The notes under the pieces were generated by a model that was given only the letters and a program-made list of their open reading frames with translations, was not told where the DNA came from and did not search any database. A DNA stretch of 64,000 nt from Octopus vulgaris (taxonomy: Eukaryota): assembly GCA_951406725.2 (NCBI GenBank), contig OX597820.1, positions 115,320,001 to 115,384,000 of the forward strand, written 5' to 3'. Below, one piece after another: positions 12,779 to 25,871 of the stretch. Every line of letters starts with the position of its first letter. Position 1 is the first letter of the stretch. The translations under genes were made by a program, and so were the position numbers.

Positions 12779-12890
12779 TCGAAAAATACCTTAGGAATGA
12801 GAACTCAGCTGAAACATTGTGTTAACAACAAACAAGATGTGGACAAATATCTGTCAGTTGTAAGTAATGTAAATAATGTACATAATTCCC
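11777..12890 (+). mobile_element. 5'-truncated Penelope-like retroelement: RT C-terminus + GIY-YIG endonuclease (11941-12621), tRNA-like head, inverted pseudo-LTR
   Basis: TGRYLNFNSHHP, LPYVKGLSEKI, NCMYSIPCSCGRLYKGKTCRPLKIRVEEH, RKLKEA motifs; one stop; 11777-11940 is an inverted copy of 12738-12870. Confidence 0.92.
11822..11867 (-). ncRNA. Minimal hammerhead ribozyme, core intact
   Basis: GACAC-CTGATGA-A-GGCTG(10)CAGCC-GAAA-CG-TT-GTGTT on minus strand. Confidence 0.8.
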
Positions 12891-13387
12891 TATATCTTTA
12901 TTTTGTTAAATCTTCTTGAGTACAGCAAGGCACCAGATACTAAAAAGAACAACAATACTGCTAATGATAATTATTATTTCCAATTTAGACAGAACAGTAG
13001 CATTTGGCATGGAAGGATGTTGGGTGAATGTCGGAAAAATGGCCAGTATGAACAGACCAATTCTGAGGTTACACCTGTAAAAAAAAATGTAATATAAAAG
13101 GAGAAAGGTGCTCTCTACCCCTTTTTGACCAGGCTCCCATGGCTTTTATGACTTTTTCCCATTGGGAGTTTTAGTTATATTTTTTGGGGGGAGTTTTAGT
13201 TATATTTTTCGTTGTTATCTTGAATGTTTACACAGACTTTTCTTTTCGGACAAAACCCTTTCTACTTTTCGTCCTGTCTTTGTCCTTGCATGTTTTTTTT
13301 TTATTTATGTTAGCTCTTGTGGCCAATAAACCAGAATTAATTATTATTATTATTATTAATTATTCCTTTCCCTTTTTCTCTTTGTAG

Positions 13388-13453
13388 GATGGCAAAGATA
13401 AACGTTTCCTCCTGAACAAGTTGAAGAAATACAAAACTATCTCAAAACTTTAA
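13388..13453 (+). CDS. TMC7: TMC7-like terminal coding exon (DGKDKRFLLNKLKKYKTISKL*)
   Basis: Long pyrimidine tract+tag; (E/D)GxDKxFL motif of TMC C-termini; TAA at 13451-13453; candidate AATAAA at 13649. Confidence 0.88.
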   Translation, partial: DGKDKRFLLNKLKKYKTISKL

Positions 13454-14129
13454 CTTCAAGGAATATCTGTTGTAACTCTTTCTTCTTCCTTAACTGCCTC
13501 AGCACTTCCTTCTCTCTCTCTCTCTCTCTCTTCTCTGTCTATCCATCTATCTTCCCTCTTCACTGCCACTCTCTCGCCAATTTTTTTGCTGTTCTTGTTT
13601 CTTTCCTTTTCTCCTGATCCTCTGTGGAACTCTGAAATATTTTCTTGAAATAAACAGATTATCAACAGATTATCCAGTTTTGTAAGAGTCTCAGGTAGGT
13701 TAAGACTTGTAGATGGTTGCCTTTCAACCCGATGGTCAGTAGTTCATATCCTGTCAAATAACCAATCTTTCATTGACACAGTCCATATGGTTATGAAGAA
13801 AATTCTGGGACCATTATGTAAAATATGATAGCATTGGTTTTATACTCTCCTGGCACTGAAGCTTGAACTCTTCAAGGGAGCACTACTAGGAATAACCCCT
13901 TCTGAAATCAACAAGGATTAGACTTGGCCTTATATATTGTCTCCACATGATATAAAACATATATAATGATTGCTTGGTCCTCCTTTACTGATGTAGACTT
14001 TCTGAATCTCTTCCCAATGCTCTACTCTCCTTTTGGAATCAGTGAACTAATAAAATCCTTGATTCAACAACAAAGTCAGTGAGTGGTAGATTCTTGTTCC
14101 TCATCAAAAAACGAATTTCTTTATTCTAT

Positions 14130-14346
14130 TTAACCCCTTAACATTCAGATCATTCTGTCATATGTATTGCTTATTTATTCATATTGTTTTGAATTCATCA
14201 TACATCATTTTGCAGCTTTGAGATTTTCACGATGTAGTTACTTGTTTTTAGGACATTGTAGAAGTGCGAGAGGTTGCATTTCGCTGGTTGGAACATAAAA
14301 CAAGTAGAATAGCTGGACATGGCTGGTTTGAATGCTAAAAGGTTAA
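14130..14346 (+). mobile_element. TTAA-flanked (piggyBac-type) MITE family A
   Basis: TTAACCCTT...AAGGTTAA ends; copies at 17837-18065, 30487-30709, 41921-42618 (interrupted). Confidence 0.75.
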
Positions 14347-15292
14347 TAACTATTTGTTTTATCTTCAAAGATAGATACGTGTGTGTGTGTGTCATTGTTT
14401 AACATACACTTTTCCATATTTGTTTGTGTCAGATAAAGTTTATAGAGGTGAATTTTCTATGCCCAGATGCCCTTCCTGTTGCCAACCCTGTCACTTGTGT
14501 TTCCAAACAAGGTAATGTTTCCCATGGCCAGACATTGAAATGAAGAACATGATTTGTGTAACAGTGTTGTTCATTTACAACTATCACATGTTGCCTCAAC
14601 AAGAGTACAAACACATGCAAGACATAATTTTGTCAAGAACTGACCAAACTGTGACTCTGCCCTTGTGCATTCATTTAAAATGAATTTTCAACCTTGCAGT
14701 AGATGACCACACTTTTGGACCCAAAGGACAGCTGACTCTGTTGAAGTTCTATACTTAGAAACATCCTGTGTTGGTCTTTTGATATTTGACTTATGTGTAC
14801 AACATGCATAGCTTTTTAAAGTATGAAGCAACCGCAAACTACAGGCAAGATTTTCTCTAGACACTCTTCAATACAAAACTGCCACAGCCTGTAGTCCTAG
14901 AAGTATCATGACTTACCGTTTGGTGAGCGTTTCAATATTTCTCAAAGAGTAAAGTCTTGTTCTAAGTTACAGTTCACCATTTGCTTTTTTTTTTCAGTGC
15001 CCTCAAGCACTATAAACACATGCAGCAGCAACAACAATAATCATGAGTGCTGCCCACCACTATCCCACACACATAACAATATATGATAAATAGTTAATAT
15101 GTGTATATATATGGAGTGGTTGGCGTTAGGAAGGGCATCCAGCTGTAGAAACATTGCCAGATTAGACTGGAGCCTGGTGCAGCCTTCTGGCTTCCCAGAA
15201 CCCCGGTCGAACCGTCCAACCCATGCTAGCATGGAGAACGGACGTTAAACGACGACGATGACGATGATATATATATATGTATGTATATATGC

Positions 15293-15326
<34 letters not shown>

Positions 15327-18182
15327 ATGGAAAATGGATGTTAAATGACAGTGGTGATGTATCTGTCTGTATGTATGTATGTACGAACGTATATTTGCAA
15401 TGGACGAGTCTGAAAATTAGGGTTTATAAAAAATTTCTGAAATGTAATGTTGAAACAATAAACTATTTTTTTTCCTTTATTTGAATCTGTAAAGTTGGGG
15501 ATGGAGAGGGAGAGGGGAAGGAGGGAGACACACAGACAGACTGATACAGATCTTATTTTTGGCTGTTCAGAGTCTTAAACTGAATGGTTTTGTAAAGGTC
15601 CCAATTATTGTTTGATAATTATCTGTACTGAAGAATTAAAGCGGATCAAGTAGAAGCTGATGTGTCCAGTTGTTTGTTGGGTTTTCCTCTCTCAGTAAAG
15701 TGCCTTAACATAAATGTTACATGGATAGTAAATTAGTCTAATTAAAAGCTAAAGATTAAAGTGCCTTGAGTTTAAGGACCTAAACACTGATACTAGTTGT
15801 AATAAGTATTCTAAAATGATGTCGTTTGCCTAAAGATTTCAATCTTAGAGGTGGAAGCATGTACAAAGGCTGTTGTTTCTGTATTATTTTTAGTCTATCA
15901 GTTTCGGGATTGTTTATATATCTACAGCCTTTGCTATATTGCTTCCACTACCATTAGTTATAGTAGTGGTGGTGGTAGGTGAAGATTTATTTTTATATTA
16001 GAATTACTGTTTTATTTAGAGTACGTGACAAATACACTTCTACATTAATCACACACTGTTTTTTCCTTCCACATTTATACTGCTTTTTATTCTACTGTTT
16101 AAAATCTTTAATGATTATTTTGTAAAACTATATATACAGCTTTCCTTTATTATACCATTTAATACACCATTCCACTACCTGCTGCATGTATACCACTGGT
16201 ACATGAATGTTTAACAAGAGATTAATTTCTAGCAGTGGTGCTGGGGTTGTTACTAAGATATTTTGTACACTATTGTAACCCTTTTGATAGTAACCTTCCT
16301 GAGACTGACCCTGATTTTTTGATTCAAACTTCCTGTTTAAAGTGATCTGATTTAAAAACCTTTCATAAAAAATTTATGTTAATATATACTGACTGACTCC
16401 CCACGCTGGCGGCATGTAAAAAATACCATCTGAACATGGTCGATGCCAATCCCCCCTGACTGGCCCCTGTGCCAGTGGCACGTAAAAAGCGCCATCCAAA
16501 TGTGTTCGATGCCAGTGCCACTTGATTGGCTCCCATGACTGTGGCATGTAAGAAGCACACGCTACACTCTTGGAGTGGTTGGCATTAGGAAGGGCATCCG
16601 ACTGTAGAAACCTTGCCAGATCAGATTGGAGCCTACTGGCTTGCCAGTCCCCTGTCAAACCATCCAACCCATTCCAGCATGGAAAACGGATGTTAAATGA
16701 TGATGATGTATGTTCCAAATATCAACTTAATAATGACAAAATTATTTTACTAAATTCTTCAATGTTTGCAAAATTAATTGAAACAAAAATAGTGCATTTG
16801 AAGGGAAATCCTTTGATTACCGGATAACCATATTTTTGTACTCAGTAGGTTGATGTAAGATATTGACTTACAGGTGGTTTATACTGTATCAGTATACCAA
16901 TTTTGTGTTGAGGGTGATCTGACTAACTTATAAAGAGAAAACAATAGTCTATAAACAATGTTTTGTCGTTTAAAATATAGGGATGATAATTTTGTAAAAC
17001 AGTATTAAAAAATACATTATCATAATGCATTATAATACATTATTATAACATATTATTACCTGTTCCAAATGGCAATTTTTAAAGCTTCTTCTTCACTGTA
17101 ACCAACTGTAACCATTCATATAGAGTGGAGCATGTGGATTTAACCTTTTTGTTACCATACTTCTGTTGAGATTCTCTGTGTTTCTTTCAATTGATTTTAA
17201 ATATAACAAAGAATTTAGTAAAATAACTTAGTTATCATTAAGCTAGTATTAAGAACATAAATTGTGACTAAGGTTTGGTGGAAGATTTTCATTCGGAACT
17301 TTTGAAAACAAGACATTTGTACTGCAGAGCCAGAGGCGGTTTCAGCTGGTGATTGTCTTACCTAAGGACAACTTGCAAGAGCCAAAACAAAATGAAACAA
17401 GTCCTCCACTAAGGTGAATGCCACAGAAAGCCATAACACAGTACATATTTTTTCATTCAGCTATTTTTTTATACAACCTGAATGCTTTATACAGGACTTT
17501 TTGCTCAAATATATTTAACTCTACAGAAATGAATTGTGCATGTATATATATAGAGTGTGTGTATGTGTATGATTTTCAATGTACACTCTTGTAATTGATA
17601 TGTAATAAACATTTTTCTATTGCCTTACGTTGACATTTCTTTATTCAAGTTACTTCAAGTTTCAAGCTTGTAAAGTGCAATAATCATATAGGCTTGTATA
17701 GCATTGCATGCACAATTGGGCAGTTTTCAAGCTCAATGATTGCCAGATCATGCACAGTGAGCTATACAAACCTGTGCAATTACTGCACTAGTCAAACGTG
17801 AGACTTGATGTAGCTCACATATAACTCCTGTATTCATTAACCCTTTAGTGTTCACATTATTCTGCCCAAATTAATGCTTTTTCCTCCACACTGTTTTGAA
17901 CTAATCATGCATTATCTTGTAGCTGTGAGATTTTGATGAGGTAGCTGTTAATTTTTAAAATGATATTGTAGGGTTGGTGTGAGAGACCAGATCTGGTCAG
18001 TTTGAACATAAAACAGGCTGAATACTTTTGGCCGGATTTGGCAGGTTTAAATGCTAAAGGGTTAAATGATGTACATACACAAACACACAGTTTGCCTAAA
18101 TGAAAACACCTTATCACATCCAAAACTAAAAGTATTTTTAAAAATAAAAATAAATCAACTACCTTGACTGGGAGATAACAAT

Positions 18183-18400
18183 TTACTCAAAGTAGCTGCC
18201 CTCTTCTTCCTCTACAGCCTCAAGACGGCTCCAGAACCTGGCACATGCACTCCTCACTGTGTCCTTGGGAAGACCTTAGAACACTTCCTTGATACTGGTC
18301 ACCAGCTCAGCCTTGGTGTTGCAGGCAGAGCGGTTGGTGTCTTTTTTAACTGCACCCCATACTTAGTAATTCATGGGATTACAACTGTGGGAATTAGGAG
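18183..18400 (-). pseudogene. Tc1/mariner-superfamily (maT/DD37D-like) transposase C-terminal remnant
   Basis: Translates PPNSHSCNPMNY*VWGAVKKDTN..NTKAELVTSIKEVF*..VRSACARFWSRLEAVEEEEGSYFE*. Confidence 0.75.
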
Positions 18401-18859
18401 GGTGTTGAGGTTCTGGGCCCTGATAACATACCTAAAATACTGCAGCTTTCTTTTCTTGACAGTTGCCAAAATCTCTGTTTCCATTTCCTCAAGTTCTGAC
18501 TCTGTTCAGTGACCAGGTCAGCTGATCCTCTCTACCCTTTGCTAGTACATTCTTTCAATTGCTTTGTGTTTAGCTGTTTGTTCTCAAGACCCAACTTTCA
18601 CCTTATTTTAAAGTAATCTAATACAGGAAGAGAGAAAATATGAATGTGGTCTCTATAGCAGCATAAGTCTATTCTCCACGCCTGAGACAATTTCTTCGGC
18701 CACTGAACCAATCTGCCAGCACATGATCTGTAAGGTGAAGAATGCGTTTGTGTAGTTGGTGTTTTGGTGAGTGGAGGTGGTGTTTGTGGGGGTGGGGTGG
18801 CAGTGTTTGTGGAATGATGGCCGTGTCAGCAAGTGGCTAAATGTTTTGGAAAAGGCTTT

Positions 18860-19330
18860 TTTTTTGTCAATTGAGACAGACTCTTTTTTTCCTTGAATGT
18901 CCACAGTGAACAGTTTTGGTGTGCTTCTAAGAACGCGATAGGGGCCAGTGCAGGGAGGTGTTAGTGGTCCCTTGACAGCATCATTTCTTACAAACATGTG
19001 AGTCCAGGTAGAAATATCCGGAGGTACTGCAGAGAAATTAGAGTGGTCGCGAGGAAGCATCAGTGGCAGGTCAGCAAAGAATAACCTGAGTTGCATGACG
19101 TAAGATGTGGGTTCCACATTCGGTAAGTTGATGGGTGTGGTCTGGAACATTGTGATCTTCATTTTAGAAGGATAAGTGTCCATGCTGTCAGCGTCGGGGT
19201 TACCATTATAAAAGGATATGTTGTATTTTCCACGTCAGTACTTTAGATGGATAGTTGTCCATGTCGGGTTACCATTATAGAAGGATAAATGTCCACATCA
19301 CGTTGGGGGTCACCAGAACCAACTGATGTT
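18860..19330 (-). pseudogene. Gypsy LTR-retrotransposon integrase C-terminal remnant
   Basis: HMFVRNDAVKGPLTPPCTGPYRVL..LFTVDIQGKKESVSID (GPY/F module). Confidence 0.7.
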
Positions 19331-19589
19331 GAGACTAGTAGGAGGTGAGCTTTTATAGTTGATGGTAGGCTCAAATGCTTGTTTGGAACAGACTGTCTCA
19401 AGTGACTTATTTGAAGGTTACATATTGGCACACGATAGAGTAAGAGACAAATTGTGCCAATACCAACCAATCAGAGTGGTAGACACAATGGGATCCAAAA
19501 CAGTGCCCAAAGGTTAGCTGTTCCTTGCTACATTTGCATGTACTTATATATAATAGAGAGGAAGTTCACTAGAGTTCGCTACAAACACA

Positions 19590-20092
19590 AATCAGGTGAT
19601 TTAGTCCTTGATGAGAAACAAGCTGTCCATTACCCAACAGAGTTCCTTCTCTTGAGCCACCTGGAACTCCTCCACATAAACTTTTTCTGAAGGTAGGAGT
19701 CTTAATAATGCTTCTAAGAAAGTTAGATCCTCTTAAATTATGCAATGGGATAACGTTGATTGTGAAGACATTATCACCTAATGTGATAGAAGCTATCACC
19801 ATCACTGGATGTGCCTCTAGGGAAGAGGTTTTCATCCCAAGAATTCCAATTAAACCAACAGACATGCCATTTGAGTTCAAACAAACAGAATTCCCAGTGC
19901 GACTTTGCTTTGCAATGTCTTTTAATAAAGCTCAAGGTCAGACTGAAATCTCCTGGATTGCACTTCATTGAGCTTTGCTTTTCTCATGGTCAACTTTATG
20001 TTGGTTGCTTCTGGGTTGCTAGTTTGCAAGACTTCTTTCTCAATGCTCCAAACTGGAAAACAAAGAATGTTTACCCAGAAGCTCTTATGTAA
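19590..20092 (+). pseudogene. Helitron PIF1-like helicase C-terminal fragment (frameshifted)
   Basis: YPTEFL, MLLRKLDPLKLCNGITLIV, FIPRIP, FPVRLCFAMSFNKAQGQT, CFSHGQLYV, TKNVYPEAL; Helitron-like 5' end at ~19541 and CTAG|T 3' end at 23461-23464. Confidence 0.9.
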
Positions 20093-20174
20093 TTTCCTTC
20101 AACATAGGTGGTAGAATTTACCTCCTTTCATAAAAATGATAGATTTTGTATTTCCACTAATTATTATTATTATT

Positions 20175-22430
20175 ATCATCATCATCATCATCATCATCAT
20201 TTAGCGTCCGTTTTCCATGCTAGCATGGGTTGGACGGTTTAACTGGGGTCTGTGAAGCCGGAAGGCTTCATCAGGCCCAGTCAGATTTGGCAGTGTTTCT
20301 ACGGCTGGATGCCCTTCCTAACGCCAACCACTCCGTGAGTGTAGTGGGTCCTTTTTACGTGCCACCTGCACAGGTGCCAGACAGAGCTGGCAAAAGGCCA
20401 CGAACGGATGGTGTTTTTCGTGCCACCGGCACGGGGGCCAGGCGAGGCTGGCAACGGACACGAGCGGATGGTGCTTTTACGTGCTACCGGCACGGGGGCC
20501 AGGCGAGGCTGGCAACGGACACGAGCGGATGGTGCTTTTACGTGCTACCGGCACGGGTGCCAGGCGAGGCTGGCAACGGACACGAGTGGATGGTGCTTTT
20601 ACGTGCTACCGGCACGGGGGCCACGCGAGGCTGGCAACGGACACGAGCGGATGGTGCTTTTACGTGCTACCGGCACGGGGGCCAGGCGAGGCTGGCAACG
20701 GACACGAGCGGATGGTGCTTTTACGTGCTACCGGCACGGGGGCCAGGCGAGGCTGGCAACGGACACGAGCGGATGGTGCTTTTACGTGCTACCGGCACGG
20801 GGTCCACGCGAGGCTGGCAACGGACACGAGCGGATGGTGCTTTTACGTGCTACCGGCACGGGGGCCACGCGAGGCTGGCAACGGACACGAGCGGATGGTG
20901 CTTTTACGTGCTACCGGCACGGGGGCCACTCGAGGCTGGCAACGGACACGAGTGGATGGTGCTTTTACGTGCTACCGGCACGGGGGCCACGCGAGGCTGG
21001 CAACGGACACGAGCGGATGGTGCTTTTACGTGCTACCGGCACGGGGGCCACGCGAGGCTGGCAACGGACACGAGCGGATGGTGCTTTTACGTGCTACCGG
21101 CACGGGGGCCACGCGAGGCTGGCAACGGACACGAGCGGATGGTGCTTTTACGTGCTACCGGCACGGGGGCCACGCGAGGCTGGCAACGGACACGAGCGGA
21201 TGGTGCTTTTACGTGCTACCGGCACGGGGGCCAGGCGAGGCTGGCAACGGACACGAGCGGATGGTGCTTTTACGTGCTACCGGCATGGGGGCCAGGCGAG
21301 GCTGGCAATGGACACGAGCGGATGGTGCTTTTACGTGCTACCGGCACGGGGGCCACGCGAGGCTGGCAACGGACACGAGTGGATGGTGCTTTTACGTGCT
21401 ACCGGCACGGGGGCCAGGCGAGGCTGGCAACGGACACGAGCGGATGGTGCTTTTACGTGCTACCGGCACGGGGGCCACGCGAGGCTGGCAACGGACACGA
21501 GCGGATGGTGCTTTTACGTGCTACCGGCACGGGGGCCAGGCGAGGCTGGCAACGGACACGAGCGGATGGTGCTTTTACGTGCTACCGGCACGGGGGCCAT
21601 GCGAGGCTGGCAACGGACACGAGTGGATGGTGCTTTTATGTGCTACCGGCACGGGGGCCAGGCGAGGCTGGCAACGGACACGAGTGGATGGTGCTTTTAC
21701 GTGCTACCGGCACGGGTGCCAGGCGAGGCTGGCAACGGACACGAGTGGATGGTGCTTTTATGTGCTACCGGCACGGGGGCCAGGCGAGGCTGGCAACGGA
21801 CACGAGTGGATGGTGCTTTTACGTGCTACCGGCACAGGTGCCAGGCGAGGCTGGCAACGGACACGAGTGGATGGTGCTTTTATGTGCTACCGGCACGGGG
21901 GCCAGGCGAGGCTGGCAACGGACACGAGCGGATGGTGCTTTTACGTGCTACCGGCACGGGGGCCACGCGAGGCTGGCAACGGACACGAGCAGATGGTGCT
22001 TTTACGTGCTACCGGCACGGGGGCCAGGCAGGGCTGGCAACGGACACGAACGGATGGTGCTTTTACATGCTACCAGCACGGGGGCCAGGCGAGGCTGGCA
22101 ACAGACACGAGTGGATGGTGCTTTACGTGCCTATGGCACAGATGCCAGGCGAGGCTGGCAACGGACAAACGATCGGATGGTTCGCTTAACCACAGCTGCA
22201 ATTTCCACTGATGTTGATTTGGTTTGATTTTGACTGTTCTCACTGGTCTTGCCGGGTCTTCTCACGCACAGCATACTTCCATAGGTCTCGGTCTCTAGTC
22301 ATTTCCTTGGTGAGACCTAAAGTTCGAAGGTCGTGCTTCACCACCTCGTCCCAGGTTTTCCTGGGTCTACCTCTTCCACAGGTTCCCTCAACTGCTAGAG
22401 TGTGGCACTTTTGCACACAACTATCTTCAC
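20175..22430 (-). mobile_element. RTE-clade LINE 3' fragment (ORF end + 3' UTR + (GAT)n tail) carrying expanded array
   Basis: VEGTCGRGRPRKTWDEVVKHDLRTLGL..DRDLWKYAV* at 22240-22430; tail at ~20175. Confidence 0.9.
20345..22180. repeat. GC-rich 61-bp tandem array, ~30 units
   Basis: Consensus CGGATGGTGCTTTTACGTGCTACCGGCACGGGGGCCAGGCGAGGCTGGCAACGGACACGAG. Confidence 0.97.
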
Positions 22431-23790
22431 TATATATATACATATACATACATAAATCTCAAATGATGAAAATGAGTGCTCAACGCCACATTGGTGGATA
22501 TAATTTCTTTATTTGTGAATTAAGGCTACCATTGGTTTCATGTTAAGAAAAGGAGGAAAATATCCTAGTATCTTAATAATTTTTCAAGCCGATTACATGG
22601 CAAACATCACAAAAAACTGTGACTCAGAGGTTTGCATTCCCATTGTTGGACAGTTTGACCACAGATGTCTGACAAATGGAAACGTGAAACTCTAAGTTTT
22701 TTGTGATGTTTTTGCAGCTTTAATAAAAAGGCATATTACTTCAATGTGAAATTAAATGTTTTGCTCAAGAACACAATGCACAACCAATCTGGGAATTGAA
22801 ACCATGACCTTGCAATTGCATGTGTGACATCCTTACCCACATACCTTCACTTAAAAGAACACTGGTTTTCCATATATGTATATATGCATTTATGTTTGGA
22901 AAACCAGTGTTTATTGATTTACAGATGTTTCTTTGTTATTACTCTTGTTGCTAGAAATATAGCAAACCAGCGATTGACCCATTGGAAACCTTTAACCAGC
23001 AATGCTAATGTTCACAAACTGTGATATGGAATATATATAGGCGTAGGAGTGGCTGTGTGGTAAGTAGCTTGCTTACCGGCCACATGGTTCCAGGTTCAGT
23101 CCCACTGCATGGCACCTTGAGCAAGTGTCTTCTACTATAGCCTCGGGTCAACCAAAGCCTTGTCAGTGGATTCGGTAGACGGAAACTGAAAGAAGCCTGT
23201 CGTATATCATCATCATCATCATCATCGTTTAGCATCCGTTTTCCATGCTAGCATGGGTTAGACGGTTCTACTGGGGTCTGTGAAGCCAGAAGGCTTCATC
23301 AGGCCCAGTCAAATCTGGCAGTGTTTCTATGGCTGGATGCCCTTCCTAACGCCAACCACTCCGTGAGTGTAGTGGGTGCTTTTTCTACATAACGTATTTT
23401 GCTTTTTTCTTCCAATATATAACAAACAATTTCATTCCCAAGCAACGCTGTGTGCTTCTGCTAGTTATTTTATAAATGTCTGGTACCTCAGACGCTCCCT
23501 ACATCAGGTTCACTTTCATTCTTACAACATCTCCCTCCCTGATATCCCACTAAGTACATTATCCAATTATTCCTGTTAAGCTGCAATTATCTAGAGTTCC
23601 TTCCAGGTGCAGACGTGTCTGTGTGGTAAGTAGCTTCCTTCCCAACCACATGGTTCTGGTTTCAGTCCCACAGCGTGGAATCTTGGGCAAATGTTATCTA
23701 ATATAGCCTTGAGCTGACCAAAGCTTTGTGAGTGGATTTGGTAGACAGAAACTGAAAGAAGCCTGTTGTACTCACACACACACACACACA

Positions 23791-24600
23791 CATCATCATC
23801 ATCATCATTGTTGTTTAACGTCCGCTTTCCATGCTGGCATGGGTTGGATCGTTTGACTGAGGGCTGGCAAGCCAGAATGCTGTACCAGGCTCCAATCTGA
23901 TCTAGCAAGGTTTCTACAGCTGGATGCTCTTCCTAACACCAACCACTCCAAGAGTATAGTGCGTACTTTCTATGTGACACCGGCACAAGGGCTAGTCAGG
24001 CAGCACTGGCAATGACCACGCTTGAATGGTGCTTTTTACATGCCACCGGCATGGGAGCCAGTCAGGTGGTACTGGCAATGACCCACACTTGAATGGTGCT
24101 TTTAACGTGCCACTGGCATGGGTGCCAGTCAGGCGGTACTGGCATTGACCACGACAATGACTTCACTTGACTCAACAGGTCTTCGCAAGCACAGTTTATT
24201 GACCAATGATTGAAAGGTACTCTTAAATGGGCTGGTTATGCTGCACTGGCATAGGCCATGGTTATGGTCTTCTCAAGCACAGCGTATCTCCAAAGGTCAT
24301 GGTCACTTGCCATCGCCTCCATGAAGCCCAATGTTCGAAGGTCGTGCTTCACCACCTCATCCCATGTCTTCCTGGACTCCCTCTTTCACAAGTTCCTTCC
24401 ATTGTTAGGGAGTGACACTTCTCCACACAGCTGTCTTCACCCATATGCAACATATGACCATACCAGTGCAGTCGTCTCTCTCTTGCACACCACATTTGAT
24501 GCTTCTTATGTCCAACTTTTCTCTCCGGGCACTTACACTCTGTTGTGTATACACACTGACATTACACATCAAGCGGAGCATACTAGCTTCATTCGTCTTA
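23791..24600 (-). mobile_element. RTE LINE 3' fragment, older copy
   Basis: NEASMLRLMCNVS..REKLDIRSIKCGVQER; 3' UTR with diverged 61-bp units. Confidence 0.85.
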
Positions 24601-24802
24601 ACTTTCAAGAAAATTGATATTTTTTAATGAAATTCTATACAAATATATCTCAGACTATGCAGATTCCAAGGACATAGGAATTTTGGGGGTTATTTTTGAG
24701 AACTGTTCCCTACTCGGGGGTGTTTCTGAAAAAGTCGTTCATATTTGTTTCATTTTCTTCATGGTGTACGTTTGTGCATCTGTAGATTTCTAACACACAC
24801 AC

Positions 24803-25700
24803 ATCATCATCATCATCGTTTAACGTCTGCTTTCCATGCTTGCATGGGTTGGATGATTTGACTGAGGACTGGCGAACCAGATAGTTGCACCAGGCTCCAG
24901 TCTTGATCTGGCAGAGTTTCTACAGCTGGATGCCCTTCCTAATGCTAACCACTCTGAGAATGTAGTGGGTGCTTTTACGTGCCACCGGCATGAGGGCCAG
25001 TTAGGCAGTACTGGCAACGGCCATGCTCAAATGGTGTTTTTTTACATTCCACTGCACAGGAGCCAGTCCAGTGGCACCGGCAACGACCTTTCTCGAATGT
25101 TTTTTCACATGCCAGTAAGTCGACGCTGGTAACAATCATGCTCGAATGGTGCCTCTTACGTGCCACTGGCACGGAAGCCAGTTAGCTACTCTGGCAACGA
25201 TCACGCTCGGATGGTGCTCTTATCACTCCACTAGCACAGATGCCAGTCATCGAATTTGATTTCGATTTCACTTGCCTCAACAAGTCTTTGCAAACAGAGT
25301 TTAGTGTCCAATGAAGAAAAGGCACACACAAGTGGACTGGTTACACCCCTGGCATAGGCCACAAGGTTATGGTCTCACTTGCACCTGCTGAGTCTTCTCA
25401 AGCACTGCATATTTCCAGAGGTCCTGGTCAATAGTCATTGCCTCGGTGAGGCCCAGTGTTTGAAGGTCGTGCTTCACCACCTCATCCCAGGTCTTCCTAG
25501 GTCTACCTCTTCCACAGGTTCCCTCAACCGCTAGGGTGTGGCACTTTTTCACACTGCTATCTTGATCCATTCTTGCCACATGACAATACCAGCGCAGTCG
25601 TCTCTCTTGCTTACCACATCTGATGCTGCTTATGTCCAACTTTTCTCTAAAGGTACTTACACTCTGTCGAGTATGCGCACTGACATTACACATCCATCGG
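24803..25700 (-). mobile_element. RTE LINE 3' fragment
   Basis: IRWMCNVS..QERRLRWYCHVARM..GRGRPRKTWDEVV. Confidence 0.88.
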
Positions 25701-25830
25701 ATGTGTGTGTGTGTGTAGAAGGTTGAAAAGGAACACACAAGTTGATATATATATTTGGTAAAAAAGTCAAGGTAGAAAATGCTAAAATAATTTTATAAGA
25801 AACATTTCAGTACCGGTTTCAGTCATTCAG

Positions 25831-25871
<41 letters not shown>

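Noticed and set aside
20345-22180. CRISPR-like array
   Set aside because: No unique spacers, no cas genes, eukaryotic context; a plain tandem repeat.
20230-22227. Three long overlapping ORFs (576-665 aa)
   Set aside because: Artefact of a 61-bp unit with no stop in any + frame; antisense to the host LINE; no domain.
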